Positions 12,021 through 24,557 of a stretch of DNA of 64,000 bases are shown here, piece after piece. The stretch comes from Paraphysomonas bandaiensis (Eukaryota > Protista > Chrysophyceae). The DNA lies in NCBI GenBank assembly GCA_965644295.1, contig CBFFRP010000041.1, positions 1-64,000 of the forward strand, in the 5' to 3' direction. The notes under the pieces were generated by a model. That model was not told the DNA's origin and did not search any database. It was given only the letters and a program-made list of their open reading frames with translations. Both the position numbers and the translations under genes were made by a program. The number at the start of each line of letters is the position of its first letter. Within the stretch, counting starts at the first letter, position 1.

Positions 12021-13636
12021 TCAAGCAGCACCCTCATCAGAAGTGCCAGGCTGCTGCACCTGAGTCTGGGCAAGAGGTGCATCTTCTTGAGGCAACCCAC
12101 CGCTCTGCTCTGACGATGCAACTTTCATATCCGACACTCCCTGTGAAACACTAGCTTCTGCCTCTTCCCTCATCCTCTGTTCCCTTAGCCTCTGCTCCCG
12201 CGCCTCCCGTGCCGCCATTTTTTCCCGGTGCAATTCCTCCGGTGATGGTATTTCAAGAGCACTTAACGTACTGTTCATCAATGCATGACTCATAGTAAGA
12301 ACACTAAATTCAATAAACTTACTCTATTATTAACTTCTTCTCATCGCTAAACTGTGAATCCTCCTCTTCTTTATCTTGATGAAAATTAGTTAGAAACTCA
12401 CACAGCTTCTGTTGATTCTTGAAAAGAATATTTCGAATTAACGCTGGCTTCTTCGGATTGGCAACGAACACCTAAAACGATACGTATTAACTTTAAAACA
12501 TGAACATCAGTCAAGAGTGAACCTTGAAAACATGAAACGCCCTAGATTAAAATAGACAACGTCAGAAAGCGTATGTAATATAGACCAACTGCACTCACTC
12601 AAATTGAATATTAGGGGATTTATCACGAAGAAGATTCATGACTTGCTGCAGATTACGCTCCGAGGATATGTAGCGCATCATGATATTAAAATTACTACAC
12701 CCATCATTCAATCAATGTAAGAGTAACTACTTCACTGTACCTGCGATCAAGAAGAATTTCCCCTAACAGTTTCAGCGATCGTCGGCGGGTGACGTAATTG
12801 CTGCTCTTCAACAACATCTAGGGCCAGGCAAAGAGCATGAGGATATTGCATACTAATAATCGACGAGTCTCTACCTCATATTTCTCAAAGACCTCTTCAT
12901 ATTTCTCCTCTAAGAATTCTGACGCAATTTGCTTGTTTCTCGGGCTCGCTAAAATATCTCTCAAAGTGTTGAATGCATCGGACGCAACATCAAAATTTGG
13001 CAGATGAACAAAGGAGTCAAAAAATAGCCAGAGTTGCTCTGAATGCAGAAACATCCGCGTTAGCTGCTCGTAACGTATGCATTCGCGAAGCATTGAGCCA
13101 GAATTCAGGGCGATGTCTGGGTTTGCATATCCCTCGGCAATTTTAAGAACACAAGCAAAATGTTCATTCACATATGACACGAAGCCATCGATGTTCTTGT
13201 GCATGAGATTATTGAATATTTGTGCCGTATCTTTTCTAGCCTGCAGATACATGAATTGAATTCGAATATGCAACAACAATAATTCGAACCTCAAACGGTA
13301 TTACATCCATTTTGTCAATTAATTGTAGCATTAGTCCCTCCTATTAAAAATATTACATAAATAAACCACAACAACAATACTGCCAACCTCCTGTATGCGT
13401 TTCGACACTTCGATTGCTTTCTCTTCATCAACTTCCGCTTTATCTCCATCTCCATACAGTATGACCTTAATTTGTGATAGACGTTTACACAAATCTTCCT
13501 GGGGGGTGACACCATTTTTCAACTCCGATACAGTTTGTTCTTCAGCTAAATCCTGGAGATCACGAGCAGCAAGACGAACTAGTTGTTCTGGAGTCTTCTT
13601 TCTCCCCTTCGTAATAGATGTAATAAACGAGCTCAT
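12021..13636 (-). CDS. CAB39: MO25/CAB39/Hym1 scaffold protein (multi-exon)
   Basis: Motifs [76 protein letters not shown]; GT-AG introns of ~50 nt. Confidence 0.95.
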
Positions 13637-14368
13637 CAGTCAGCCACAACTTTGTGGAAACTGAAAGAGATAATACACTGCTAATGAAGAGTTATATATA
13701 TAAATACTGATGCGTACCACCACTCTCTCAATGAGTGTTATCCGTATAAATGAACTTATAGATACGGAAGGCAATAGAGGCACGTATCAAGGTATAATAG
13801 TAGTATAATTATCTACAGAGGAGAGTGTTGTGACCTTCCACTGTAAATATTATACATCTACTCTGGACATATCAACATGCTCCATATAGAGAGAGAGACG
13901 TGTAGAGGTGTACGTCTAGAGCTCTGTGTGTGTGCTTTCCAGCACTTTGTTCTCCACTGAATATTTCTAGCATATATTGTACAGTCCTACTCCATATTTC
14001 TGCATAAATCCTCTATTTTACACACTACTTGTGCATAAATCCCAGTTTTCTGTTTGTCCTACACCAAATTTCTGCATAATTCACATGAGATCAAGTGTAG
14101 ATCTACAGCAGTACGAACAATATTCTGGACACATACAGCAGTATTATATATAGTATGTGTATATATATACTGCTATATATGGTATGAGGATTAGATCATA
14201 TATTCACTATACATACACATTGAGATCATATGAACTATTAGATTATCTCGATTACCAATTCACCTGTAGTTGTTTATATTCATTTATCTCGTTATTTCTA
14301 TTAGTATCCTCTTCTCTCATATCATATCTTATCATATCATATGATTCATATGTAAAAATATTAGAAAG

Positions 14369-16674
14369 ATGTCGAAAGAATATACACATACGAATGATTG
14401 GCAGTGGGAACGACTAGAAACACGCATGTCAGTGGTTCCATGTCGACGTTCTCTTCATGCTTGTGCGGTGTGGGGTTCTAGTATGTATGTATTCGGGGGT
14501 TATGATGGAATTGACCGGTCTGATGTATCATACTACTACTACTTTGTAACCTGTTAATACTATCAGGGTGAATGACTTCCATGTGCTGAACTTTCCAACC
14601 GCTCAATGGGATAGAGTCGAGTCGCGCGGCGTTCCTCCTAAGCCAAGAGACCGCCACACGGCCGTCGTTTACGGGGGAGCGTTTTATATCTTTGGTGGGT
14701 TCGACGGAAAGATTCGGGTATATTTTTTTCAGATATACGGTATTGGTGCTCATTTTGAATTATTAGGTGAATGATTTCCATGCGTTCAAGTTTGATAGTC
14801 AGGAGTGGTACCAAGTGGTGGGGGTTGCAGGCATTCCCCCGAGTGCTCGACACTCCCATGCCGCTGTTGTCCACAAGCACTCCATGTATATATTCGGAGG
14901 TCTATTACCCTTCTATATGCGTAGCGATTTCTAATATTCTGTTGCAGGCTTTGATGGTGACTACAAAAGGTCGTTCTGTGTCATGCTCTCTGTAAATTTA
15001 GATCTCTGTGTTAACATATGCCTACGTTTACAGTGACTTTCATGAGTTTAATTTCCGCACCTTTTCTTGGCAGCCAGTGGAGTCAACTGGCAATCCACCG
15101 CGACCACGGTATAGAGTAACTTGCGTCGTTCACGAGAACTGGGATAAAATGTATTTGTTTGGCGGGCACGATGGATCTCGACACTTAAACGATACTTATG
15201 TGTTCGACTTCATGGCCAAGGTGAGTCCACAGTTCGATATAGTATTTCGCGAGTATCGTCTCCACATTGTCGCCATATTACACTTGTAATCAGTTGCGTA
15301 ATATTGTCATGCAGACATGGTGCGAGGTACAGACGGATGGGCCGATTCCCTACCCTCGAGACAGTCACGTAGCAGTTATGTATGAGAATTCGATGTTCAT
15401 ATACGGCGGATCTACAGGATCTGCTATGGATGATTTCCACCAGTTGCAACTTGATGACTCAGGAGAATCTGGAGTGTGGGCTCCCGTTGTTCCGCGAGAG
15501 TCTTGCCCTCATACTCCACGTGCGATACCTCTGGCTCCACCGCTTCCTAGCTACCACTTTCCCCTGACAGCCGGAAGTCCAATGCCTCCTCTCGCAGAGG
15601 AGTCCATGCATGTTGTCATTGCAGAACAGCCATCATTGCCTGGATATCGATTTTGCCACACTGCAGCCGTATATGAAGATGCGATATATATATTTGGAGG
15701 TGACTGATAGTGGTTTTCCAATATGAAACTGACATTGTGGTATTTCTGGAATATAGGATATGATGGGTCAAACCGCCTTAACGACCTCATACGTTTTCGA
15801 TTCGGCAATTTATTGGCGCAAAACTCCGCAGGTGTACCCCCTTCTACTTTGGTGAGTGTAACGCTTTTAGCGCTTTCAGCCTTAATTCGGCGTCTGTGTG
15901 TATGGTGGTCAGCACTCTGATCTGAAGAGCTACGTGGGGTCGAGCCTTCTATCTGATATTACCTTTATTGTGGAAGGAATTCCGATACCTGCACATAAGG
16001 TACTGTGTATATTATCTTCGTCGAAGTGGTCGTTATGACTACTACGACAGATTCTTTGTTTACGGTGCCCTTTCTTCCGTGCCATGCTTACAGGGGAAAT
16101 GATGGAGAGCAGGTAGATCGAAGCAGTTATATACTCTATTTTAAACTTTATCTAGAGCTGGAGAAATTGCAATTCGAGAAATTAGCTACTCTGTATTTCT
16201 GATGCTATTGGAATTCATTTATTGCGATACTGTGGAGATCCCGCTAAATTCTGCGATGGACCTATATAGAGTAATTGTTTTACTTACTACATGTGAACAG
16301 TTTTGAAATAACTATTGTAGGCTTCAGATCGCTTTGGTCTGGATAGATTGAGAGCAATGTGTGAGGAAAAAATGCTGAACTCAATAACTGTGGAGAATGC
16401 GCCAGTACTGCTTCATGGGGCTGACTTGTATAATTTTCAGGTGAATAATAACGAATAAATGATGGCGTTGTAATTTGACGATAATACTTATACCTAGGAA
16501 TTGCGATCACGATGTATAAAATTCATACTCCAACATTTTGATGACGTGTCGCGTACTTCTGCTTTCGAGGATATGGGCCGCAACAATATTGAGCTAGGTA
16601 CGTAGATTTTGCTATGCATATCATGCCCTTGTTCTTATGCACTTCCAGTGTTTGAAATACTTAAAAACCGATAA
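14369..16674 (+). CDS. Kelch-repeat + BTB(-BACK) protein, LZTR1-like Cul3 adaptor
   Basis: Six Kelch repeats (R..H.....MYVFGGYDG) over many exons, then BTB (SDITFIVEGIPIPAHK) and a BACK-like segment (ITVENAPVLLHGADLYN). Confidence 0.85.
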
Positions 16675-17057
16675 AACGAACGTTACGAAGACAATTTTTA
16701 AATACTATGTTAATATTACTAAATCGTGAAGATGTGACAATAAATCAGTAAATATAGTGAAAGTGTGTATTCAATTTCGTGGACCTGTAGTATCTTGTTA
16801 AACACTGCCCACCTATTTCTTGAGTGTAACGGTGTAGTAATCTTTAAGCGTTTTCCAGTGATGAAATAAACAAAGTTGTGTCTGTGATTAATTATTGGCC
16901 ATTAGTTTATCTCATATTACTACCCAAGTTTCTATTTGAAATATTACTTGTGCCCACATTATTTCCCTCGTGATAGGTATTATGAAGTAACTTCGCAAAT
17001 TGCAAACTAGGTTCCATATAACTGGTCGAATAATACATATTACAGCAACATAATATA

Positions 17058-17217
17058 TTGGTTGCTAGTCCTGTGGCAGGTATACCCTGATATGTTGTTG
17101 GTTGCTAGTCCTGTGGCAGGTATACCCTGATATGTTGTTGGTTGCTAGTCCTGTGGCAGGTATACCCTGATATGTTGTTGGTTGCTAGTCCTGTGGCAGG
17201 TATACCCTGATATGTTG
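17058..17217. repeat. Minisatellite, 4 x 40 bp
   Basis: Unit ttggttgctagtcctgtggcaggtataccctgatatgttg repeated four times identically. Confidence 0.97.
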
Positions 17218-17527
17218 TATGCAGTACAATATGCTATGCTATATATAGGTATATGTTATATGTGTTTCCCTATATACATACTGGAAGTTAGAACTGTAAC
17301 ACTACTATTACGTATGTATACGCAATATGCAAATCGATATTCAGTGAGAATAACCGCTACTTCACTTATATTACATATGTTTGTACATACATCTACTACA
17401 ATTCAAAAAACTGGATACCTATTCACACATCTCGAACACCAAACAGATGATTGAACGGGTATTATGATATCCTATAAGTACAATACATACAATGATGGAG
17501 CTCAGATATATTGAGTACATTGATTGT

Positions 17528-17672
17528 GGAAACCGAGTATCCCACATCCTAATCTTGTGGTTAGCACACGACGTGATGACATTGTGATCATTGTAGTCAT
17601 TCACTGCTACAGAAAGTATTGCCGCCGCAGAACCAGTAAGTTGAATACTCTCATAATCCGAACGAATATCCC
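17528..17672 (-). pseudogene. Copied fragment of the WD40 region of the DENN gene (shorter, unit 1)
   Basis: Matches ~28311-28455 (DIRS.YESIQLTGSAAAI..KIRMWDTRFP). Confidence 0.9.
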
Positions 17673-18230
17673 TCAATAACAATCATGATAATTTCACGTC
17701 TCGGCATCCTTTGTATATTTTTGTTGAAAGATGCCTCTAATATTGAAACAACAATTATCTGTATTCCAGCCGTAGTTATATATCAGTAATATGGAGAATA
17801 TTTGCTTCAATTAATTTCCGTATGCACGACATTGTCAAACCCTCCTGTGAGGAATACACTGTGCGTGAAGTTCGTATCGGCAGTCAGCATGTTATCGTTT
17901 TCGGAAAATAATTGAAGCAGAAATCTTCTATATTACTGAAGTACAACTACGGATGGAATACATATAATTGTTGTCTCAATATTAGAGGCATCTTGGAACA
18001 AAAATACACAAAGGATGCGGATATGTTGTGGATACTGTAGTACTGTAGTCTAACATAGAGTGCTGCTGTATTTTACGGTATTCTGTATAAAAACATTTGT
18101 GCAGTGTCCTGCATTGAACATGGAGAAATGTGCTGGATATGCATCTATGGAGCTACCACTGCCATCATCACTCATTATTCTTATCACTCCAACATTACTA
18201 TACTATCATATCATTATAGTTATCACCAAC

Positions 18231-19173
18231 ATGACCAGAGCAATTCAAACCACCAGAAGAAGTGTATCTACTCCATCTCTAATGAAGAAGACTAAGGGGC
18301 CGCAGATTGATAGGGAAACAAATCACTTAAAGAAATTATCTTATGGACTTGCAGCCAGTATTTCTATTCCTACACGGCAATTGCGAAAATCAATCCAGGA
18401 AATGATAAAAGTAGGATACGGCTGTCTCAGTTTGGGGGAAGGTATGAAGCAGCACCTACTGTCTCCTGAAAATATCCATAAGACGGGAAACACAGAATAC
18501 ATAACGTTTTCTAGATCAGCCAATGAAGTCTTGTATGACGGAATTGTGGAGCTTGCTGCAGGCGTATTAAACGATTTGAGTGATTATCATGAATTTGATG
18601 AATCACTTGAATCGCTATTGGATAGAAACAATTGCCTATTAATGGTGATGACGATTCACCAATCTGAAAGGCCCCATCCGAGTTTTATTGAAGATGATGG
18701 TATATTTCTTCTAAAATAGTAGTAGTGGTAATATGTATTGCTCGTCTTTAGGCTTGTTGACCTTCATATATAATCCGCGTATCAACTTAAGAGATCATGC
18801 TGGACCCGTGACACATACATTTAACGAAATTGTGGTATGTGCTGGGAAGCAGCTACAGGCGTCAACTACTCTTGATACTTTGTATCCTTCCATACCAAGC
18901 ACCAAGTACACCTTTAATACAACTGAAAGCAGTGCATTTCTCTTTGTGATCAAAGTAATGGGGAGAGAGAGTTCCAAAGTATTTGTACCACGCTTTGTCA
19001 AACTAACAAGTGATGATCCAGAAGTTGCTTTGAGAGTACATGAAAATGGGGATGCATCATCTCGAAGAGGAAGCGGAAGTGGGGATACATCATCTTCAAC
19101 AGGAAGCGGAAGTGGGGATACATCATCTCCGACAGGAAACGGAAGTGGACCTCATGCATTGTTTAGAGAATAA
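18231..19173 (+). CDS. 296-aa protein, putative highly divergent histone H3-like fold plus C-terminal domain (copy 1)
   Basis: Exons 18231-18699 and 18752-19173 join in frame via a 52-nt GT-AG intron. N-terminus MTRAIQTTRRS resembles MARTKQTARKS; ITFSRSANEVLYDGIVELAAGVLND aligns without gaps to H3 [25 protein letters not shown]. Confidence 0.6.
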
Positions 19174-19833
19174 ATTGGCGTTTTTGAGCTAATGAAGTGA
19201 GCAAACTTGAAATGGAATACCTGAGTTTAACCTACCCTGGGCGTAGATATACGATTGCGATTAGGTATTTGCAGAAATGGAAGTAGCAAGATATCTATAT
19301 TTACTGAGTACAAAGTGATAATAATTGTATTAATCACCTAGTCACACTATTCACAATGATGTTGGTGTAAATACCTTCTCAAAGTAATAAATCATTAAAC
19401 ATAGTCCACTTTTGTGTTAAACCGAGTCGTTCTTATTTCCATTGATTAAACATTATGCCTGTCTATGACACTTGTTTACACCACACAACATAGTAATGGC
19501 TTGCAGAGCATCGAAACAAACATTCAAACATAACAATTAACTCATATATACATTCAAACAGTGTATGTGTATATAGCATAATATCTATATATCTCATTAG
19601 CAATTGACGATGGATAACTTGTCAGTTATGGGAAGAGGAGTGGTCAATGAAGCTCTCAACATAACTCCATGATTCTGCAGGACTTTAATACGCTATGAGT
19701 GATAGCACTTATCGTCCTTCACTTCTCCACACAATCGACCTTGATTACTGCATTGGATTCTAGTAGTAGTGCATGGAAAAATTTCGATGTCAGTGTCGGA
19801 TCTCTGATGCCCCTAAGTTAAGATATTCTCTGT

Positions 19834-20038
19834 ACCATGCTACATACTCTTTCAGAGTGACCTTCCAACATCATGTATGGGCGATCGGGCTGAGGAAACC
19901 GAGTATCCCACATCCTAATCTTGTGGTTAGCACACGACGCGATGACATAGTGATCATTGTAGTCATCCACTGCTACAGAAAGTATTGCCGCCGCAGAACC
20001 AGTAAGTTGAATACTCTCATAATCCGAACGAATATCCC
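19834..20038 (-). pseudogene. Copied WD40 fragment of the DENN gene (unit 2)
   Basis: About 13 mismatches in 205 bp versus 28251-28455 (hand count). Confidence 0.92.
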
Positions 20039-20443
20039 TCAATAACAATCATGATAATTTCACGTCTCGGCATCCTTTGTATATTTTTGTTCAAAGATGC
20101 CTCTAATATTGAAACAACAATTATCTGTATTCCAGCCGTAGTTATATATCAGTAATATGGAGAATATTTGCTTCAATTAATTTCCGTATGCACGACATTG
20201 TCAAACCCTCCTGTGAGGAATACACTGTGCGTGAATTGTTGTGGATACTGTAGTACTGTAGTCTAACATAGAGTGCTGCTGTATTTTACGGTATTCTGTA
20301 TAAAAACATTTGTGCAGTGTCCTGCATTGAACATGGAGAAATGTGCTGGATATGCATCTATGGAGCTACCACTGCCATCATCACTCATTATTCTTATCAC
20401 TCCAACATTACTATACTATCATATCATTATAGTTATCACCAAC

Positions 20444-21386
20444 ATGACCAGAGCAATTCAAACCACCAGAAGAAGTGTATCTACTCCATCTCTAATGAAG
20501 AAGAATAGGGGGCCGCAGATTGATAGGGAAACAAATCACTTAAAGAAATTATCTTATGGACTTGCAGCCAGTATTTCTATTCCTACACGGCAATTGCGAA
20601 AATCAATCCAGGAAATGATAGGAGTAGGATACGGCTGTCTCAGTTGGAGTGAAGGTATGAAGCAGCACCTACTGTCTCCTGAAAATATCCATAAGACGGG
20701 AAACACAGAATACATAACGTTTTCTAGATCAGCCAATGAAGTCTTGTATGACGGAATTGTGAAGCTTGCTGCAGGCGTATTAAACGATTTGAGTGATTAT
20801 CATGAATTTGATGAATCACTTGAATCGCTATTGGATAGAAACAATTGCCTATTAATGGTGATGACGATTCACCAATCTGAAAGGCCCCATCCGAGTTTTA
20901 TTGAAGATGATGGTATATTTCTTCTAAAATAGTAGTAGTGGTAATATGTATTGCTCGTCTTTAGGCTTGTTGACCTTCATATATAATCCGCGTATCAACT
21001 TAAGAGATCATGCTGGACCCGTGACACATACATTTAACGAAATTGTGGTATGTGCTGGGAAGCAGCTACAGGCGTCAACTACTCTTGATACTTTGTATCC
21101 TTCCATACCAAGCACCAAGTACACCTTTAATACAACTGAAAGCAGTGCATTTCTCTTTGTGATCAAAGTAATGGGGAGAGAGAGTTCCAAAGTATTTGTA
21201 CCACGCTTTGTCAAACTAACAAGTGATGATCCAGAAGTTGCTTTGAGAGTACATGAAAATGGGGATGCATCATCTTCAACAGGAAGCGGAAGTGGGGATA
21301 CATCATCTTCAACAGGAAGCGGAAGTGGGGATACATCATCTCCGACAGGAAACGGAAGTGGACCTCATGCATTGTTTAGAGAATAA
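20444..21386 (+). CDS. Putative divergent H3-like protein (copy 2)
   Basis: Exons 20444-20912 and 20965-21386; intact frame and intron, a few substitutions versus copy 1. Confidence 0.6.
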
Positions 21387-22046
21387 ATTGGCGTTTTTGA
21401 GCTAATGAAGTGAGCAAACTTGAAATGGAATACCTGAGTTTAACCTACCCTGGGCGTAGATATACGATTGCGATTAGGTATTTGCAGAAATGGAAGTAGC
21501 AAGATATCTATATTTACTGAGTACAAAGTGATAATAATTGTATTAATCACCTAGTCACACTATTCACAATGATGTTGGTGTAAATACCTTCTCAAAGTAA
21601 TAAATCATTAAACATAGTCCACTTTTGTGTTAAACCGAGTCGTTCTTATTTCCATTGATTAAACATTATGCCTGTCTATGACACTTGTTTACACCACACA
21701 ACATAGTAATGGCTTGCAGAGCATCGAAACAAACATTCAAACATAACAATTAACTCATATATACATTCAAACAGTGTATGTGTATATAGCATAATATCTA
21801 TATATCTCATTAGCAATTGACGATGGATAACTTGTCAGTTATGGGAAGAGGAGTGGTCAATGAAGCTCTCAACATAACTCCATGATTCTGCAGGACTTTA
21901 ATACGCTATGAGTGATAGCACTTATCGTCCTTCACTTCTCCACACAATCGACCTTGATTACTGCATTGGATTCTAGTAGTAGTGCATGGAAAAATTTCGA
22001 TGTCAGTGTCGGATCTCTGATGCCCCTAAGTTAAGATATTCTCTGT

Positions 22047-22251
22047 ACCATGCTACATACTCTTTCAGAGTGACCTTCCAACATCATGTATGGGCGATCG
22101 GGCTGAGGAAACCGAGTATCCCACATCCTAATCTTGTGGTTAGCACACGACGCGATGACATAGTGATCATTGTAGTCATCCACTGCTACAGAAAGTATTG
22201 CCGCCGCAGAACCAGTAAGTTGAATACTCTCATAATCCGAACGAATATCCC
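22047..22251 (-). pseudogene. Copied WD40 fragment of the DENN gene (unit 3)
   Basis: Same sequence as 19834-20038. Confidence 0.92.
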
Positions 22252-22653
22252 TCAATAACAATCGATATTTCACGTCTCGGCATCCTTTGTATATTTTTGT
22301 TCAAAGATGCCTCTAATATTGAAACAACAATTATCTGTATTCCAGCCGTAGTTATATATCAGTAATATGGAGAATATTTGCTTCAATTAATTTCCGTATG
22401 CACGACATTGTCAAACCCTCCTGTGAGGAATACACTGTGCGTGAATTGTTGTGGATACTGTAGTACTGTAGTCTAACATAGAGTGCTGCTGTATTTTACG
22501 GTATTCTGTATAAAAACATTTGTGCAGTGTCCTGCATTGAACATGGAGAAATGTGCTGGATATGCATCTATGGAGCTACCACTGCCATCATCACTCATTA
22601 TTCTTATCACTCCAACATTACTATACTATCATATCATTATAGTTATCACCAAC

Positions 22654-23596
22654 ATGACCAGAGCAATTCAAACCACCAGAAGAAGTGTATCTACTCCATC
22701 TCTAATGAAGAAGAATAGGGGGCCGCAGATTCATAGGGAAACAAATCACTTAAAGAAATTATCTTATGGACTTGCAGCCAGTATTTCTATTCCTACACGG
22801 CAATTGCGAAAATCAATCCAGGAAATGATAAAAGTAGGATACGGCTGTCTCAGTTTGGGGGAAGGTATGAAGCAGCACCTACTGTCTCCTGAAAATATCC
22901 ATAAGACGGGAAACACAGAATACATAACGTTTTCTAGATCAGCCAATGAAGTCTTGTATGACGGAATTGTGGAGCTTGCTGCAGGCGTATTAAACGATTT
23001 GAGTGATTATCATGAATTTGATGAATCACTTGAATCGCTATTGGATAGAAACAATTGCCAATTAATGGTGATGACGATTCACCAATCTGAAAGGCCCCAT
23101 CCGAGTTTTATTGAAGATGATGGTATATTTCTTCTAAAATAGTAGTAATGGTAATATGTATTGCTCGTCTTTAGGCTTGTTGACCTTCATATATAATCCG
23201 CGTATCAACTTAAGAGATCATGCTGGACCCGTGACACATACATTTAACGAAATTGTGGTATGTGCTGGGAAGCAGCTACAGGCGTCAACTACTCTTGATG
23301 CTTTGTATCCTTCCATACCAAGCACCAAGTACACCTTTAATACAACTGAAAGCAGTGCATTTCTCTTTGTGATCAAAGTAATGGGGAGAGAGAGTTCCAA
23401 AGTATTTGTACCACGCTTTGTCAAACTAACAAGTGATGATCCAGAAGTTGCTTTGAGAGTACATGAAAATGGGGATGCATCATCTCGAAGAGGAAACGGA
23501 AGTGGGGATACATCATCTTCAACAGGAAGCGGAAGTGGGGATACATCATCTCCGACAGGAAACGGAAGTGGACCTCATGCATTGTTTAGAGAATAA
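22654..23596 (+). CDS. Putative divergent H3-like protein (copy 3)
   Basis: Exons 22654-23122 and 23175-23596; intact frame and intron. Confidence 0.6.
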
Positions 23597-24214
23597 ATTG
23601 GCGTTTTTGAGCTAATGAAGTGAGCAAACTTGAAATGGAATACCTGAGTTTAACCTACCCTGGGCGTAGATATACGATTGCGATTAGGTATTTGCAGAAA
23701 TGGAAGTAGCAAGATATCTATATTTACTGAGTACAAAGTGATAATAATTGTATTAATCACCTAGTCACACTAATCATATTGATGTTGGTGTAAATACCTT
23801 CTCAAAGTAATAAATCATTAAACATAGTCCACTTTTGTGTTAAACCGAGTCGTTCTTATTTCCATTGATTAAATATTTTGCCTGTATGTGACACTTGTTT
23901 ACACCACACAACATAGTAATGGCTTGCAGAGCATTGAAACAATTAACTCATATTTACATTCAAACAGTGTATGTGTATATAGCATAATATCTATATATCT
24001 CATTAGCAATTAACGATGGATAACTTGTCAGTTATGGGAAGAGGAGTGGTCAATGAAGCCCTCAACATGTATAAAATATCTGCATTTTCATTTCATTAAT
24101 TCATGGCTACTAGAGTATGCTCCCATGCTTGACTGAATTTCTTTATTTCTGTCTACGAGAATACCCAAAAGCACCTAGTCAACCCAGTCAATGAACACTG
24201 AAAAATTGAATTAT

Positions 24215-24309
24215 TTAATGACTAGAAAAAAACAGTAGACTAGTGTTTTACACCAATTTTGGTGCTAGGAAAATTCCCCGTTTCGACTAGGTCCGATAAT
24301 ATATCCCAA
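24215..24309. repeat. Second copy of the GACTAGG terminal repeat
   Basis: gactag motifs, tacaccaattttgg and ataatatatcccaa, as at 2780-2904. Confidence 0.6.
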
Positions 24310-24557
24310 GTAGTTCTAGTATAATAATAGCTCCATGCTTCGTCAATTCTATCTCTGCTACAGACGATCTTGATACATTCTATAAATCATGACCATACTT
24401 TTAAGTAGTTGTCAGCGACCAAATAATAAACAGAAATTGCAGGATCAGGTAATAAATGTAATAAACTCTTGATGAAGAGTAAGTCAGCAGTACTAAACAG
24501 GAACACATAAGATATTCTCTGTACATACTTAGAAAAGTTCAGAGTAGTCATTATGAA

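Larger units (their letters stand above)
17528..24068. repeat. Tandem segmental triplication, ~2.21-kb unit
   Basis: Near-identical units (ATGs at 18231, 20444, 22654; spacing 2213 and 2210). Unit 1 has an extra ~150 bp at ~17870-18021. Confidence 0.97.

Noticed and set aside
12304-12322. Apparent 19-nt micro-intron in MO25
   Set aside because: The acceptor at ~12271 gives a normal 52-nt intron and the expected frame (LIIDTLSALE).
17058-17217. CRISPR-like array
   Set aside because: Identical contiguous units without unique spacers; eukaryotic context; no cas genes.
24309-24320. CTAG-T as a Helitron end for the triplication
   Set aside because: No GC-rich hairpin upstream, and the homologous terminus at 2904 lacks CTAG.
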